DNA of 64,000 bases, from NCBI GenBank assembly GCA_041644975.1, contig JBAZQX010000007.1:1906-65905 (forward strand), read 5' to 3'. Shown piece by piece: positions 1 to 8,245 of the stretch; position 1 is the first letter of the stretch, and each line of letters begins with the position of its first letter. The DNA is from Candidatus Doudnabacteria bacterium. GTDB lineage: Bacteria; Patescibacteriota; JAQUNI01. The notes beneath the pieces were generated by a model. It did not search any database. It was not told the DNA's origin and saw only the letters and a program-made list of their open reading frames with translations. Both the position numbers and the translations under genes were made by a program.

Positions 1-1
1 G

Positions 2-658
2 AAGGCTGGCTGTTTCCAGCCTTATTCCGCCGCTACGCTCAACCATCTGCTCATTAAAATCAAAAAGAGCGTGCCACCCTATGTTCGCATTATCCGTTTG
101 ATCCGCGATATTCCGAGCAACTCAATCATCGCGGGCAATAAAATCACGAATCTGCGCCAGATTTTAAAACAGAATAACGCGCAATGCCGTTGCATCCGCT
201 GCCGTGAAGCCAAAGACGCGCCCTTGGGCAAAATCTATCTGCACATATTAAAATATCCCGCCTCTTCCGGCACTGAATATTATTTAAGCTATGAAAATAA
301 AGACCAAACCACGCTTTACGCGCACCTCCGCTTGCGTTTTCCATCGCTCAAATCAACATTCCAAAACTGCGCCATTATCCGCGAGGTGCATACTTACGGT
401 CAAGTGGCGTCGCTTAAAACTCAAAATCAGTCTGCCACGCAACACCATGGTTTGGGCAAAAAATTAATCCAAAAAGCGGAAAATCTAGCCTCTCAAAATG
501 GGTATAAAAAAATAATGGTGATTTCAGGAGTCGGCGTGAGGGAATATTATTGGAAACTAGGGTATGGAATTGTTGGCTATGGGTATATGATGAAAAAATT
601 ACATCCCGATCGTCATTGCTTCGTCGTCCCTCGACAAGCTCGGGACTCCTCGCAATGA
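2..658 (+). CDS. ELP3-like radical SAM/GNAT protein (tRNA wobble-uridine modification family), 5'-truncated by the window edge; the last ~20 codons run into a palindromic repeat
   Basis: The frame is open from position 2. The C-terminal motif ISGVGVREYYWKLGYGIVGYGYMMKKL matches the conserved ELP3 GNAT C-terminus (ISGVGTRNYYRKIGY..PYMVKML). The extra tail overlaps repeat 611-660. Confidence 0.6.
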   Translation, partial: KAGCFQPYSAATLNHLLIKIKKSVPPYVRIIRLIRDIPSNSIIAGNKITNLRQILKQNNAQCRCIRCREAKDAPLGKIYLHILKYPASSGTEYYLSYENKDQTTLYAHLRLRFPSLKSTFQNCAIIREVHTYGQVASLKTQNQSATQHHGLGKKLIQKAENLASQNGYKKIMVISGVGVREYYWKLGYGIVGYGYMMKKLHPDRHCFVVPRQARDSSQ

Positions 659-663
659 CGGGA

Positions 664-1533
664 TTATCCGGATTTTTGAGTTTCTAACAACTTAATCCAA
701 TCCTTAACCGAAAGCTCCTGCGCCCTCGCCGTCCTTTTGACTCCCACGGCTTTAAGCCAAGAGGTTACCTCTTCATCCGTTAAAAGATAACCGTTTTTTA
801 AATTATTATGGATTTGCTTTCTGGGACTCGCGAAGCCAATTTTAATTAAACGAAAAAACTCCGCTTCTTTATTATCCATCTCCTCGGCAGTAACGCGCAA
901 AAACCCGCGGCGGTTATACCAGCGAAGCTCGCTGGCAAGCTCGGAGTGCGGATACATCCGAATCCTTAAAATCGCTGAATCTACCGCCGGCGGAGGCGAA
1001 AACTTATCGCGGCTTACATAATCCACGATTTCCGGGCTGCCAAAAGTCTGCACCGCGACCGTTAAAACACTCATTTTACCGGGGCGGGCGCAAACCCGTT
1101 TCGCCACTTCCTTTTGCACCAACAAGACCATCATTTTAGGTCTTTTTTTACTGGCGGTAAATTTTCTTAAAATCTTCCCCGTGATGTAAAAAGGGATATT
1201 GCCAATAACTTTATAATCGTTGGCAAACTTAAAATTGAAAATAGAAAACTTGATGATGTCATCCGGAATGATTACCACGGCGCGGAAAGGCTTGAATTTG
1301 CGTTCTAACTCGCGAGCCAAATCTCTATCTAATTCCACGGCGACAACTTTGCGCGCCCGCATCGCCAATTTTTGGGTAAGGTCGCCCTTGCCCGGACCAA
1401 TTTCCAAGATGACATCGCTCCGCCGCACTTCCCCCGCGTCCACGATTTTATTTAAAATCGTCTCGTCAAACAAAAAATGCTGACCGAGTTTTGGTTTGAT
1501 TGTTTTCTGTTTTCTAGACTGAAAATTTTTCAT
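664..1533 (-). CDS. rsmA: 16S rRNA (adenine1518/1519-N6)-dimethyltransferase RsmA/KsgA
   Basis: GQHFL, the EIGPGKGDLT SAM motif and the NIPFYIT motif. Length 289 aa. Confidence 0.9.
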   Translation of the reverse strand: MKNFQSRKQKTIKPKLGQHFLFDETILNKIVDAGEVRRSDVILEIGPGKGDLTQKLAMRARKVVAVELDRDLARELERKFKPFRAVVIIPDDIIKFSIFNFKFANDYKVIGNIPFYITGKILRKFTASKKRPKMMVLLVQKEVAKRVCARPGKMSVLTVAVQTFGSPEIVDYVSRDKFSPPPAVDSAILRIRMYPHSELASELRWYNRRGFLRVTAEEMDNKEAEFFRLIKIGFASPRKQIHNNLKNGYLLTDEEVTSWLKAVGVKRTARAQELSVKDWIKLLETQKSG

Positions 1534-1741
1534 AAAAATAATAATAAATTATCTATGTTTATACTAACAAAATCAGCTATTTCAAGCAAATAAAAAAGGT
1601 TTCAATGGATTAAATATTGAAACCTCCCAGTCCGGGGAAAGCCTTTTAAACATCTAATTTTTAAAAATCAAACATTTTTGTAATTTGGGTAAGTGATTGT
1701 AGCTTAGGCAGAAACTTTCTTGCGTTGTAAAACAAGGTTTT

Positions 1742-2347
1742 TCATTGTATTTTGTAGGCGCAAAAATAACCTTCCCCGCAAGGAACAGAGCCGCAACAAG
1801 CATAAAATCCCAAACCCTTGCAATCAGCATCATCATAAACTTCTGTTTTAGCATCCGGTAACCATAATAAATACGGACCCTTAGGATAAGAAGCGCCTGT
1901 GCAATGCCAGGCTACGCCATTCCATGTGCCGCTACTTGCGTCAAGATACAGATAAGCATTGCCCTTAGTGCGGCTTCCGGATAAAGGATCTAGCGGGATT
2001 TTTGATATATAAGGCGCCAGCGCGGAGTTCAGGCTGTCGCTGCCGGATACGCCGCCGTTCCAGCAAGTTGCCGCGCTTCCCATCCCTAAACATTTAGCCG
2101 CTCCTCCAGTAGAAAAAAAATCTCCGCCTTGTGAATCTGCCAACATATTTAAAGCAGTCGCGATTTGCTTTAAATCAGAAACTCTCCTCGCATCCCGCGC
2201 TTTTTGACGCGCGCTATTCACGCTCACCGCGACAATAGTTGCTAAAAGTCCAATTACCGCGATCACCACTAAAAGCTCAATTAAAGTAAACCCCATTAGA
2301 GAATCTCGTTCTCTAACCCCATTTAGAAATTTATGTTTCTTAAACAC
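1742..2347 (-). CDS. Type IV pilin / pseudopilin with prepilin N-terminal cleavage-methylation domain and a Cys-rich C-terminus
   Basis: G|FTLIELLVVIAVIGLLA signature after a basic leader. The C-terminus is CKGLGFYACCGSVPCGEGYFC. Confidence 0.8.
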   Translation of the reverse strand: MFKKHKFLNGVRERDSLMGFTLIELLVVIAVIGLLATIVAVSVNSARQKARDARRVSDLKQIATALNMLADSQGGDFFSTGGAAKCLGMGSAATCWNGGVSGSDSLNSALAPYISKIPLDPLSGSRTKGNAYLYLDASSGTWNGVAWHCTGASYPKGPYLLWLPDAKTEVYDDADCKGLGFYACCGSVPCGEGYFCAYKIQ

Positions 2348-2510
2348 GGTACTCCTTACTCCCCGTTATTTCTAAAGGGGGTAAATCCTTTATTTTTGAA
2401 ACGAATCATTTTTCGAAACTACAAATTACCAATTACTGAAATTTTTGCTAAAAAATTTCTGGTGCTCTATTCTAAAAATAGTTCGAACCCCAGTAGTAAA
2501 GCAGAGCTTA

Positions 2511-2849
2511 CTACGGGGCACGGCGCATTTCGCTCGCCTCGCTGAAGCTCCGGCGAAGCGGGCCGCCTGCTTGCCCGCTCACAAGCCTTGGCGACGGAGG
2601 GTGGTGGTGGCGAGAAGCCCCCAAAATTTGAGCGGCTTCCCCGCGATTCCAATATTCCTTTATGTATTCAGCGAGCACAGATATATTATCATCTACACCA
2701 TAAACTTTTCGCAGATGCTCTTTTTCCAACTTATGGTGACAAACATCATAAGCAGTATAATCAAAGCCAGATTCTCTTAGCTTATCAGCTATCATTGGAA
2801 ACATATCCAAATATCCATCTCTGGTATACCATGTAGTCTTATACATCAT
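2511..2849 (-). CDS. Hypothetical protein; C-terminal ~35 aa are translated from a GC-rich repeat
   Basis: The N-terminal 75 aa look protein-like. The tail ASRHHHPPSPRLVSGQAGGPLRR derives from repeat 2515-2625. Confidence 0.35.
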   Translation of the reverse strand: MMYKTTWYTRDGYLDMFPMIADKLRESGFDYTAYDVCHHKLEKEHLRKVYGVDDNISVLAEYIKEYWNRGEAAQILGASRHHHPPSPRLVSGQAGGPLRRSFSEASEMRRAP

Positions 2850-2986
2850 TAATCCTTTCCATAGGTTATTTTCGCCTACCTCTGATATACACTAACAATA
2901 ATTGCAATAGTTTTTTTCAACTCCGTAATGGCAGAAACAGTATTACTGACTTCTTGCCTTACTTGCATTATAAAAATATAATCATA

Positions 2987-3967
2987 TCAACATTTTTTTG
3001 TTGCAATAACAATTAGCCCATGACCTCTACTGAAAATACGACCCATCCAGTATATAATCGTTAAAATTAAATCGATCAAAAATCCATGCCGGCATTCGGC
3101 GTATTTAAAACGTTTCCATAAAAGGGAGTCGGGGAAAAAATTCAGAGCCTTAAAACCAGAGCTATCTAACATTTTAGTTAATGATTTTTTATTAAAAAAG
3201 AATCTATGATCCGCATGGTATAAATAAAACAGAGGAAATCGGAGCCTGCCAAACGATAATCTAAAAAGCAATATTGAAATCTTAAAAAATAAAGAGTCCG
3301 CATTTGGCGTGCGTATGATCATAACTTTCCCATATCCAACTGCAGAATTGAGCCGTTTTAAATCACTTAAAGGATCTTTGCAATGTTCAATAACATCCCA
3401 TGCTGTAATAATGTCGTATTTGCAGTCAGTTAGAACTTTCGAATCTGCAATTGAAGCATTTTCAATAAAGTCTGCTCCTAAATTCAATCTTTGCCTTGCA
3501 ATGCTACATGCATAGCTTGAGACATCTAATCCACTAACTTCATATCCCTCTTTTCTTGCTATCTCCATAAATATACCTGTCGAACAACCAACATCCAAAA
3601 GCCTTCCATGAGAAATATATTTTTTCACCATACGAATCCGTTTGTAAGACTGCTCTTCAACGCCGCTCTTTGCATCATTGCCTAATTTACCTGCCATCAT
3701 ATCGTGATATGTTTTACTATACAGCATATCATTTGTATTTATATTCGTTTCTCCTGAATCAACAAATTGTAATTCACAATGTTGGCACTTAAATATTTTT
3801 CGGCTTTCGAATGTTACACCCCAACTTGATTTAACATCGGCTTGGGGTTTTAAATCTAAAAACGAATTCACAGGCCCTTTACCACAGGCAAGGCATATAC
3901 GCCCCTGCCTGTCCCTTATTAACTCTGTGCGTTGTCTCTTTGGTTTATTGGTAGTCATAATATCCAC
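2987..3967 (-). CDS. Class I SAM-dependent methyltransferase with N-terminal Cys4 zinc ribbon
   Basis: LLDVGCSTGIF motif I. CLACG...CQHCE zinc ribbon. Confidence 0.75.
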   Translation of the reverse strand: MDIMTTNKPKRQRTELIRDRQGRICLACGKGPVNSFLDLKPQADVKSSWGVTFESRKIFKCQHCELQFVDSGETNINTNDMLYSKTYHDMMAGKLGNDAKSGVEEQSYKRIRMVKKYISHGRLLDVGCSTGIFMEIARKEGYEVSGLDVSSYACSIARQRLNLGADFIENASIADSKVLTDCKYDIITAWDVIEHCKDPLSDLKRLNSAVGYGKVMIIRTPNADSLFFKISILLFRLSFGRLRFPLFYLYHADHRFFFNKKSLTKMLDSSGFKALNFFPDSLLWKRFKYAECRHGFLIDLILTIIYWMGRIFSRGHGLIVIATKKC

Positions 3968-4279
3968 TATGAATCCAATTTCTGGGCAATTATATCAATA
4001 GACCCGTTAGAAATGGGAATTAAAATTTGTATTTTTTCAAAGCCAAAAGAAAAGGTTGATAACCACTTTGTCCAGGGATAAACATACGCCAGGCGGTCGA
4101 TGAGAAACGAGAGTGTTACCCAATTTCTGCTAATGACATCTCCTTTTCTTTATTTGCTTTTTGCCATACTCCGCACATCTTACATCTAAGGTTGCATCTT
4201 TCAGTCACATAAAAAATGTACATAGAATTGGGTTAAAAATAACCTTGACATTAGCAGACCTTTAGCAATTTTAAAAAAT

Positions 4280-5701
4280 TCATTTTTTGCCTTCCGGAAG
4301 TATGAAGTTTTTAATTATATTGAACATAAATTTAAGTTGATTTGAACGTATATGCCGCACGAAGTTGAAAAAATTAATGGGATTTAAATAGTAATAGATT
4401 AAAGCAAGTCTCTGTAAATTCTTTAAATCCTTGGCACTTAAATCCCCGGTTTCATACATTCCAGTATGGACTGTAAACCTGCTCCATTCCTTAATTGCTG
4501 AATTTGTTTTAATCCATTCATCATAGACTTCGCTTCCCGGAAATGGGCAAAGAATGTTAAATTGGGCAGTATGCAGCCCTGAGTTCCCAGCAAATTTTAT
4601 TGTTTGCATGACTGTTTTTTTTGTGTCTCCTGGAAAACCGATCATAAAGAAACCATGTGTGATTATGCCATGTTTTTTTATCATGGCTATCTTTTCCTTA
4701 ACTATTGAAAGATCGAGATTTTTTTTAGCTCTATTGAGGATATCTTGATTGCCTGATTCGATACCCAATGCTAAAAGATAGCAGCCCGATGCTTTCATTT
4801 TTGCTAAAAGCTCGTCATCAAGTTTGTCTATTCTCACCCCATTAGGACACTTCCAATCAATTTTTAATTTTCTTCTTATTATCTCATTACAAACCTCTAT
4901 TGTTTTTTCTTTTAACAATGTGAAATTATCGTCTTCAAAATGTATTTCTTTACAGCCATATTTTTTAACAAGAAGCTCGATTTCATCAACAATATTCTTA
5001 GCGCTTCTCTGTCTAAATTTATGGCGCCAGATTGCATTGGATGCACAAAAAGTGCAGAAATATGGGCAGCCTCTGGAACTCATTATCGGACCTACTGGAT
5101 GTGATTTTGTATAAATTCCATGAGGAGCAGGAGGATAAAAATTAGGGTTTATCTCTTCCCAATCTGGAAATGGCAGATAATCCAGGTTTTTTATTAATTC
5201 TCTTTTTTCGGTTAAGATTGTTTTTCCTTTCTTGTCTTTAAAACAAATGCCCTTAACTCTTTTAAAGTCAGTTTCGCCTTTTTCTAGTTTTTTAACAAGC
5301 TCTAGCACTGTTTCTTCCCCCTCCCCAACTATTATGAAGTCTACCCCTAACTCTGAAAGGGTTTCTTCCGGAATTGAGGTTGAGTGAGGTCCGCCAAGGC
5401 AAATTTTAGCTCTAGGAATAACTTTCCTAAGCATTCTTACAAGATTCTTAGCCTCTGGAATAAAGTCTGTTGTAGCATGAATTCCCACAAGATCTGGATT
5501 AAAACTTGAAATTTTTTTAACTGTTCCAGCCATTGAGAGGCGAGATTTCTGCAATGGGTCTACAATATGTGCGTTATAGCCCTCTTTTTTCATGTATGCA
5601 TTTAAATATCCTAAGCCTAGCAGCGGGGTTATAATGTAAGCATCATATGGCGGCCTACAGAACACTATGTTAAAATTATGCTGTGCATTATTTAAAGCCA
5701 T
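4280..5701 (-). CDS. B12-binding (class B) radical SAM protein
   Basis: An N-terminal cobalamin-binding-like domain followed by the SSRGCPYFCTFCAS radical SAM CxxxCxxC motif. Length 473 aa. Confidence 0.85.
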   Translation of the reverse strand: MALNNAQHNFNIVFCRPPYDAYIITPLLGLGYLNAYMKKEGYNAHIVDPLQKSRLSMAGTVKKISSFNPDLVGIHATTDFIPEAKNLVRMLRKVIPRAKICLGGPHSTSIPEETLSELGVDFIIVGEGEETVLELVKKLEKGETDFKRVKGICFKDKKGKTILTEKRELIKNLDYLPFPDWEEINPNFYPPAPHGIYTKSHPVGPIMSSRGCPYFCTFCASNAIWRHKFRQRSAKNIVDEIELLVKKYGCKEIHFEDDNFTLLKEKTIEVCNEIIRRKLKIDWKCPNGVRIDKLDDELLAKMKASGCYLLALGIESGNQDILNRAKKNLDLSIVKEKIAMIKKHGIITHGFFMIGFPGDTKKTVMQTIKFAGNSGLHTAQFNILCPFPGSEVYDEWIKTNSAIKEWSRFTVHTGMYETGDLSAKDLKNLQRLALIYYYLNPINFFNFVRHIRSNQLKFMFNIIKNFILPEGKK

Positions 5702-5758
5702 AGATTAAATGAAAAACTTGTGTTTATTAACATTATTGTCATAAAGCAGATATTAAAA

Positions 5759-6031
5759 TTATCTCACGAGCGAAGAGATATAAAACACGATTGGTTTTGA
5801 ACCCATTTCTGAAATTCTTTTTTTTCTTACGCCAAATATATAGTAAATTCTTTCTATTCTTGCTGAGTTTGGAAATTGTTTTAGAATATCAAATAAGACC
5901 TTATATCCACGCATTTCGAATTTACCCTCATTTTTCAAAAAATTTTTTGCAAAATTTGTTTTTCCTCCAAAAAATCCTGACATTAAATCTTCATGCTTAA
6001 ATCTGCTCAAAAGCAGGCGAATTTTTCCCAT
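5759..6031 (-). CDS. Hypothetical protein (possibly a gene remnant)
   Basis: ORF only; no recognisable motif. Confidence 0.3.
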   Translation of the reverse strand: MGKIRLLLSRFKHEDLMSGFFGGKTNFAKNFLKNEGKFEMRGYKVLFDILKQFPNSARIERIYYIFGVRKKRISEMGSKPIVFYISSLVR

Positions 6032-6123
6032 GTAAATTGCTATTTCAGAAATTATTCTTCAGTATATTGGCCAATCTGAAACAACACCTTACCTTGTTGC
6101 TATAACAAAGTCTGCCCCACCCC

Positions 6124-6273
6124 TCATTTTTGTCGCATAATATCTTTTAACAGAAGTATATGTGCGGGTTCTTGGGCGGCAAATTCTTTTAGCTCAACGA
6201 GTTGAGCTTCAATCGAAAGCACTTGTTGATCATCTTCCTCTGTAGATTTTCTTGCATAGATTAAGTATTTCAT
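6124..6273 (-). pseudogene. Truncated serine recombinase (resolvase/invertase N-terminal catalytic domain only, ~49 aa)
   Basis: MKYLIYARKSTEEDDQQVLSIEAQ matches the resolvase catalytic-serine motif (YxRxST..Q..SLxxQ). The ORF stops after ~49 aa. Confidence 0.5.
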
Positions 6274-6446
6274 ATTAATTTGATTAAAAAAATTCCTTTT
6301 CCCAGGACGAAACCGCTCATGGCTACGCCAGATCTTCAGACAACTGATTTTTTCGCCCAAAATCCCTTACAATTTAATCGCCGAGTCCGCCAATTCGGCG
6401 GATAAACTCCGCGAGGCGAACCCAAACTGCTTGCAAATTCCTTACT

Positions 6447-6466
6447 GGTGCCCGGGGCGGGACTCG
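6447..6466 (-). repeat. Partial duplicate of the tRNA-Leu 3' end (17 nt identical, followed by CCA): att-site-like direct repeat
   Basis: gtgcccggggcgggactcg here matches the tRNA-Leu 3' end at 6623-6640. In this copy the reverse complement ends ...CGAGTCCCGCCCCGGGCACCA. Confidence 0.55.
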
Positions 6467-6622
6467 CCCCGTCGCTAAAGCTCCTTGAAACCTTGCGGTT
6501 TCAATGCTTCCACATCGGGGAAACTACCGTTTCCCCGACCCCTTTCCCGGGTTCTCGTCCCTATTACTTTAAACCTTGTATTTTTGAAAAAAACAAACAG
6601 ACACAAAGCGATATCTTCTTTG

Positions 6623-6707
6623 TGCCCGGGGCGGGACTCGAACCCGCAAGGTCTCGCGACCACAAGATTTTAAGTCTTGCGTGTATACCAGTTCCACCAC
6701 CCGGGCA
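6623..6707 (-). tRNA. tRNA-Leu(TAA), class II with long variable arm
   Basis: The reverse complement folds as GCCCGGG acceptor, anticodon loop CTTAAAA, variable arm tggtcgcgagacc and T-arm GGGTTCGAGTCCC. CCA is not encoded. Confidence 0.85.
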
Positions 6708-6714
6708 AACCCTC

Positions 6715-6830
6715 CGTCGTTGCGAGGAGCGACCAAAAGGAGCGACGAAGCCCGCCCGCTCACAAGCTTCGCTTCAGGCGAGGCGGGCGGGCTTCGCTCG
6801 GGCTTTAAGGCCCGAGCTCGCAACGACAAA
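6715..6830. repeat. GC-rich palindromic repeat element (family B core CGCTTCAGGCGAGGCGGGCGGG inside a cgtcgttgcgagg...cctcgcaacgac inverted repeat)
   Basis: Inverted termini and a shared GC-rich core that recurs at six other sites in the window. Confidence 0.7.
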
Positions 6831-6867
6831 ATCATTTTGAGGCCAGGACGGGAATTGTCATGGCTTC

Positions 6868-6950
6868 GCCAGATCTGGCAGAGCCAGACACCCACGAATC
6901 ACGGTTTTGTCCCGCTACGCGGGATCTCGCGCAGCGAGACAGACCGTTAA
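6868..6950. repeat. Hairpin repeat (family D, TCCCGCTACGCGGGATCTCG) embedded in a partial duplicate of the tRNA-Cys anticodon/T-arm
   Basis: The minus strand reads ACGGTCTG[tctcgctgcgcgagatcccgcgtagcgggac]AAAACCGTGATTCGTGGGTG. This equals tRNA-Cys positions 27-53 with the hairpin inside the anticodon loop. Confidence 0.6.
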
Positions 6951-6957
6951 TCTTTTG

Positions 6958-7030
6958 AGGCCTAGGTGGGATTTGCACCCACGAATCACGGTTTTGCAGA
7001 CCGTTGCGTTAACTACTTCGCCACTAGGCC
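6958..7030 (-). tRNA. tRNA-Cys(GCA)
   Basis: GGCCTAG acceptor, anticodon loop CTGCAAA, T-arm GTGGGTGCAAATCCCAC. Length 73 nt. Confidence 0.85.
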
Positions 7031-7273
7031 ATATTCAATTTTCAGCAAATCCTTCTGTTGGTGAGTTTTATAGAATTTCTCCATTTCAATTGCCTCACTA
7101 CGGGTCGGAAATTCCTTATAACCTAACAACCGCCACGGACAATATGCTTTAGTTGATTTTACCTTACCGCTGTTATGTCGTTTAAATCTAACTTTCACAT
7201 TTTCCGTACTGCCTACATACAAATTATTATTTTTTAGGCTAAGTAAAAAATATACATAATACATAGAAATCAT
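7013..7273 (-). CDS. GIY-YIG nuclease family protein (small UPF0213/YhbQ-like)
   Basis: YYVYFLLSLKNNNLYVGST...RFKRHNSGKVKSTKAY...EAIEMEKFYK matches the GIY-YIG motifs. The 3' end overlaps the tRNA-Cys 5' end by 18 nt on the same strand. Confidence 0.8.
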   Translation of the reverse strand: MISMYYVYFLLSLKNNNLYVGSTENVKVRFKRHNSGKVKSTKAYCPWRLLGYKEFPTRSEAIEMEKFYKTHQQKDLLKIEYGLVAK

Positions 7274-7345
7274 GGTTTTATCCCGCTACGCGGGATCTCG
7301 TCATCAAGATCTGGCAAAGCCAGACAGAGCGAGACAGACTGTTGC
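7274..7345. repeat. Family D hairpin repeat, rearranged copy of the 6868-6950 modules
   Basis: Shares tcatgg, cccgctacgcgggatctcg, gatctggcaaagccagaca and gagcgagacagac with copy D1, in a different module order. Confidence 0.6.
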
Positions 7346-7486
7346 CTTACTACTTGCCTACCCGCCGAATAAAAAATAAAAGATGTCTCAAAGACATCTC
7401 CATTTTAGCATTTATACGGTTTTGGTCAAACGCGAAAATAGAATCATGAATCAAATTAAGAAGAATTAAGAATTCATTTCCCCTAA

Positions 7487-7547
7487 TTCTTAATTCCTGC
7501 CTGCCCGCCGAAGTCCGCCAAAGGCGGACGTAGGTGGGATTCCTAAT
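7487..7547. repeat. Family H palindromic element (ATTCCTGCCTGCCCGCCGAAG...CGTAGGTGGGATTC) flanked by gaattaagaatt-type AT-rich inverted arms
   Basis: Copies at 28150-28212 (inverted) and 49005-49090. Confidence 0.6.
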
Positions 7548-8124
7548 TCACATTTTCCAAGACCTCCACTTCCAATTTACGCGCTCCGAAAAATTTTGCC
7601 CTCAAATAACTGGAAAACCAAATATCAATGCGACCCCAATGTCTTCCCGCCATCCGATCCTGGACTTCAAAAACCTGATCACCGAAAAGGGATGGAATCT
7701 TAAACTTAGTGCCAAAGGGTAAAAAGTTCGCCGCCGCGATCCCTTCACGCACTCTTTCGCCGGAAGCGGTAATAAAAGGCGTGGCGTCGCATTGAGCCAC
7801 ACTAGACGAATAGCCAGTGACCACAATCGGATAGACGCCGGGACTAACGAGAGATTCTTTACTGTAAAAACGCCCTTTAATAATACTGTCTACTGTCTCT
7901 TTGTCAAAATAAAACCTGCCTTCCACGTCAATCGGCGTTAAAGGCTGGCGCTTTTGCGGTCTTAGAATTTCTCCTATTCGCGCCGCGTCTCTCCCGACCC
8001 ATCCTTGAACCATTCTGTCTATCTTTCGCGAAGATAAAAAAACCTTTTGGATATCTTGCTTGGGTATCCCTAAGAACAGTGTAAAAGCCAAAAAAACCAA
8101 AAGTGAAATGGCGTAATATTTCAT
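7543..8124 (-). CDS. 3D domain-containing protein (MltA-like/YabE-like cell-wall-binding or lytic fold), membrane-anchored
   Basis: N-terminal TM segment. C-terminal VTGYSSSVAQCDATPFITASG...FGTKFKIP...FEVQDRMAGRHWGRIDIWF 3D-domain signature. Confidence 0.7.
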   Translation of the reverse strand: MKYYAISLLVFLAFTLFLGIPKQDIQKVFLSSRKIDRMVQGWVGRDAARIGEILRPQKRQPLTPIDVEGRFYFDKETVDSIIKGRFYSKESLVSPGVYPIVVTGYSSSVAQCDATPFITASGERVREGIAAANFLPFGTKFKIPSLFGDQVFEVQDRMAGRHWGRIDIWFSSYLRAKFFGARKLEVEVLENVN

Positions 8125-8204
8125 TGATTTTTAAAGATTTTTGTTTTTATTTTAGGTTGCGCCCTTATCTTTGAAACCTATTTTTATTTTATCATATTTA
8201 ACAC

Positions 8205-8242
8205 AAAAAGTCAAAAAGAAAAACCCCAGTCAGTTGGGGCTT
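8205..8242 (-). terminator. Rho-independent terminator after the second 3D-domain gene
   Basis: Minus strand: gccccaactgactggggt hairpin followed by tttttctttttg, immediately after the stop at 8246. Confidence 0.55.
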
Positions 8243-8245
8243 TTC

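Noticed and set aside
1654-1854. ORF 1654-1854 (-), overlapping the pilin gene 3' end
   Set aside because: It overlaps the well-supported pilin CDS in another frame and has no motifs; a likely artefact.
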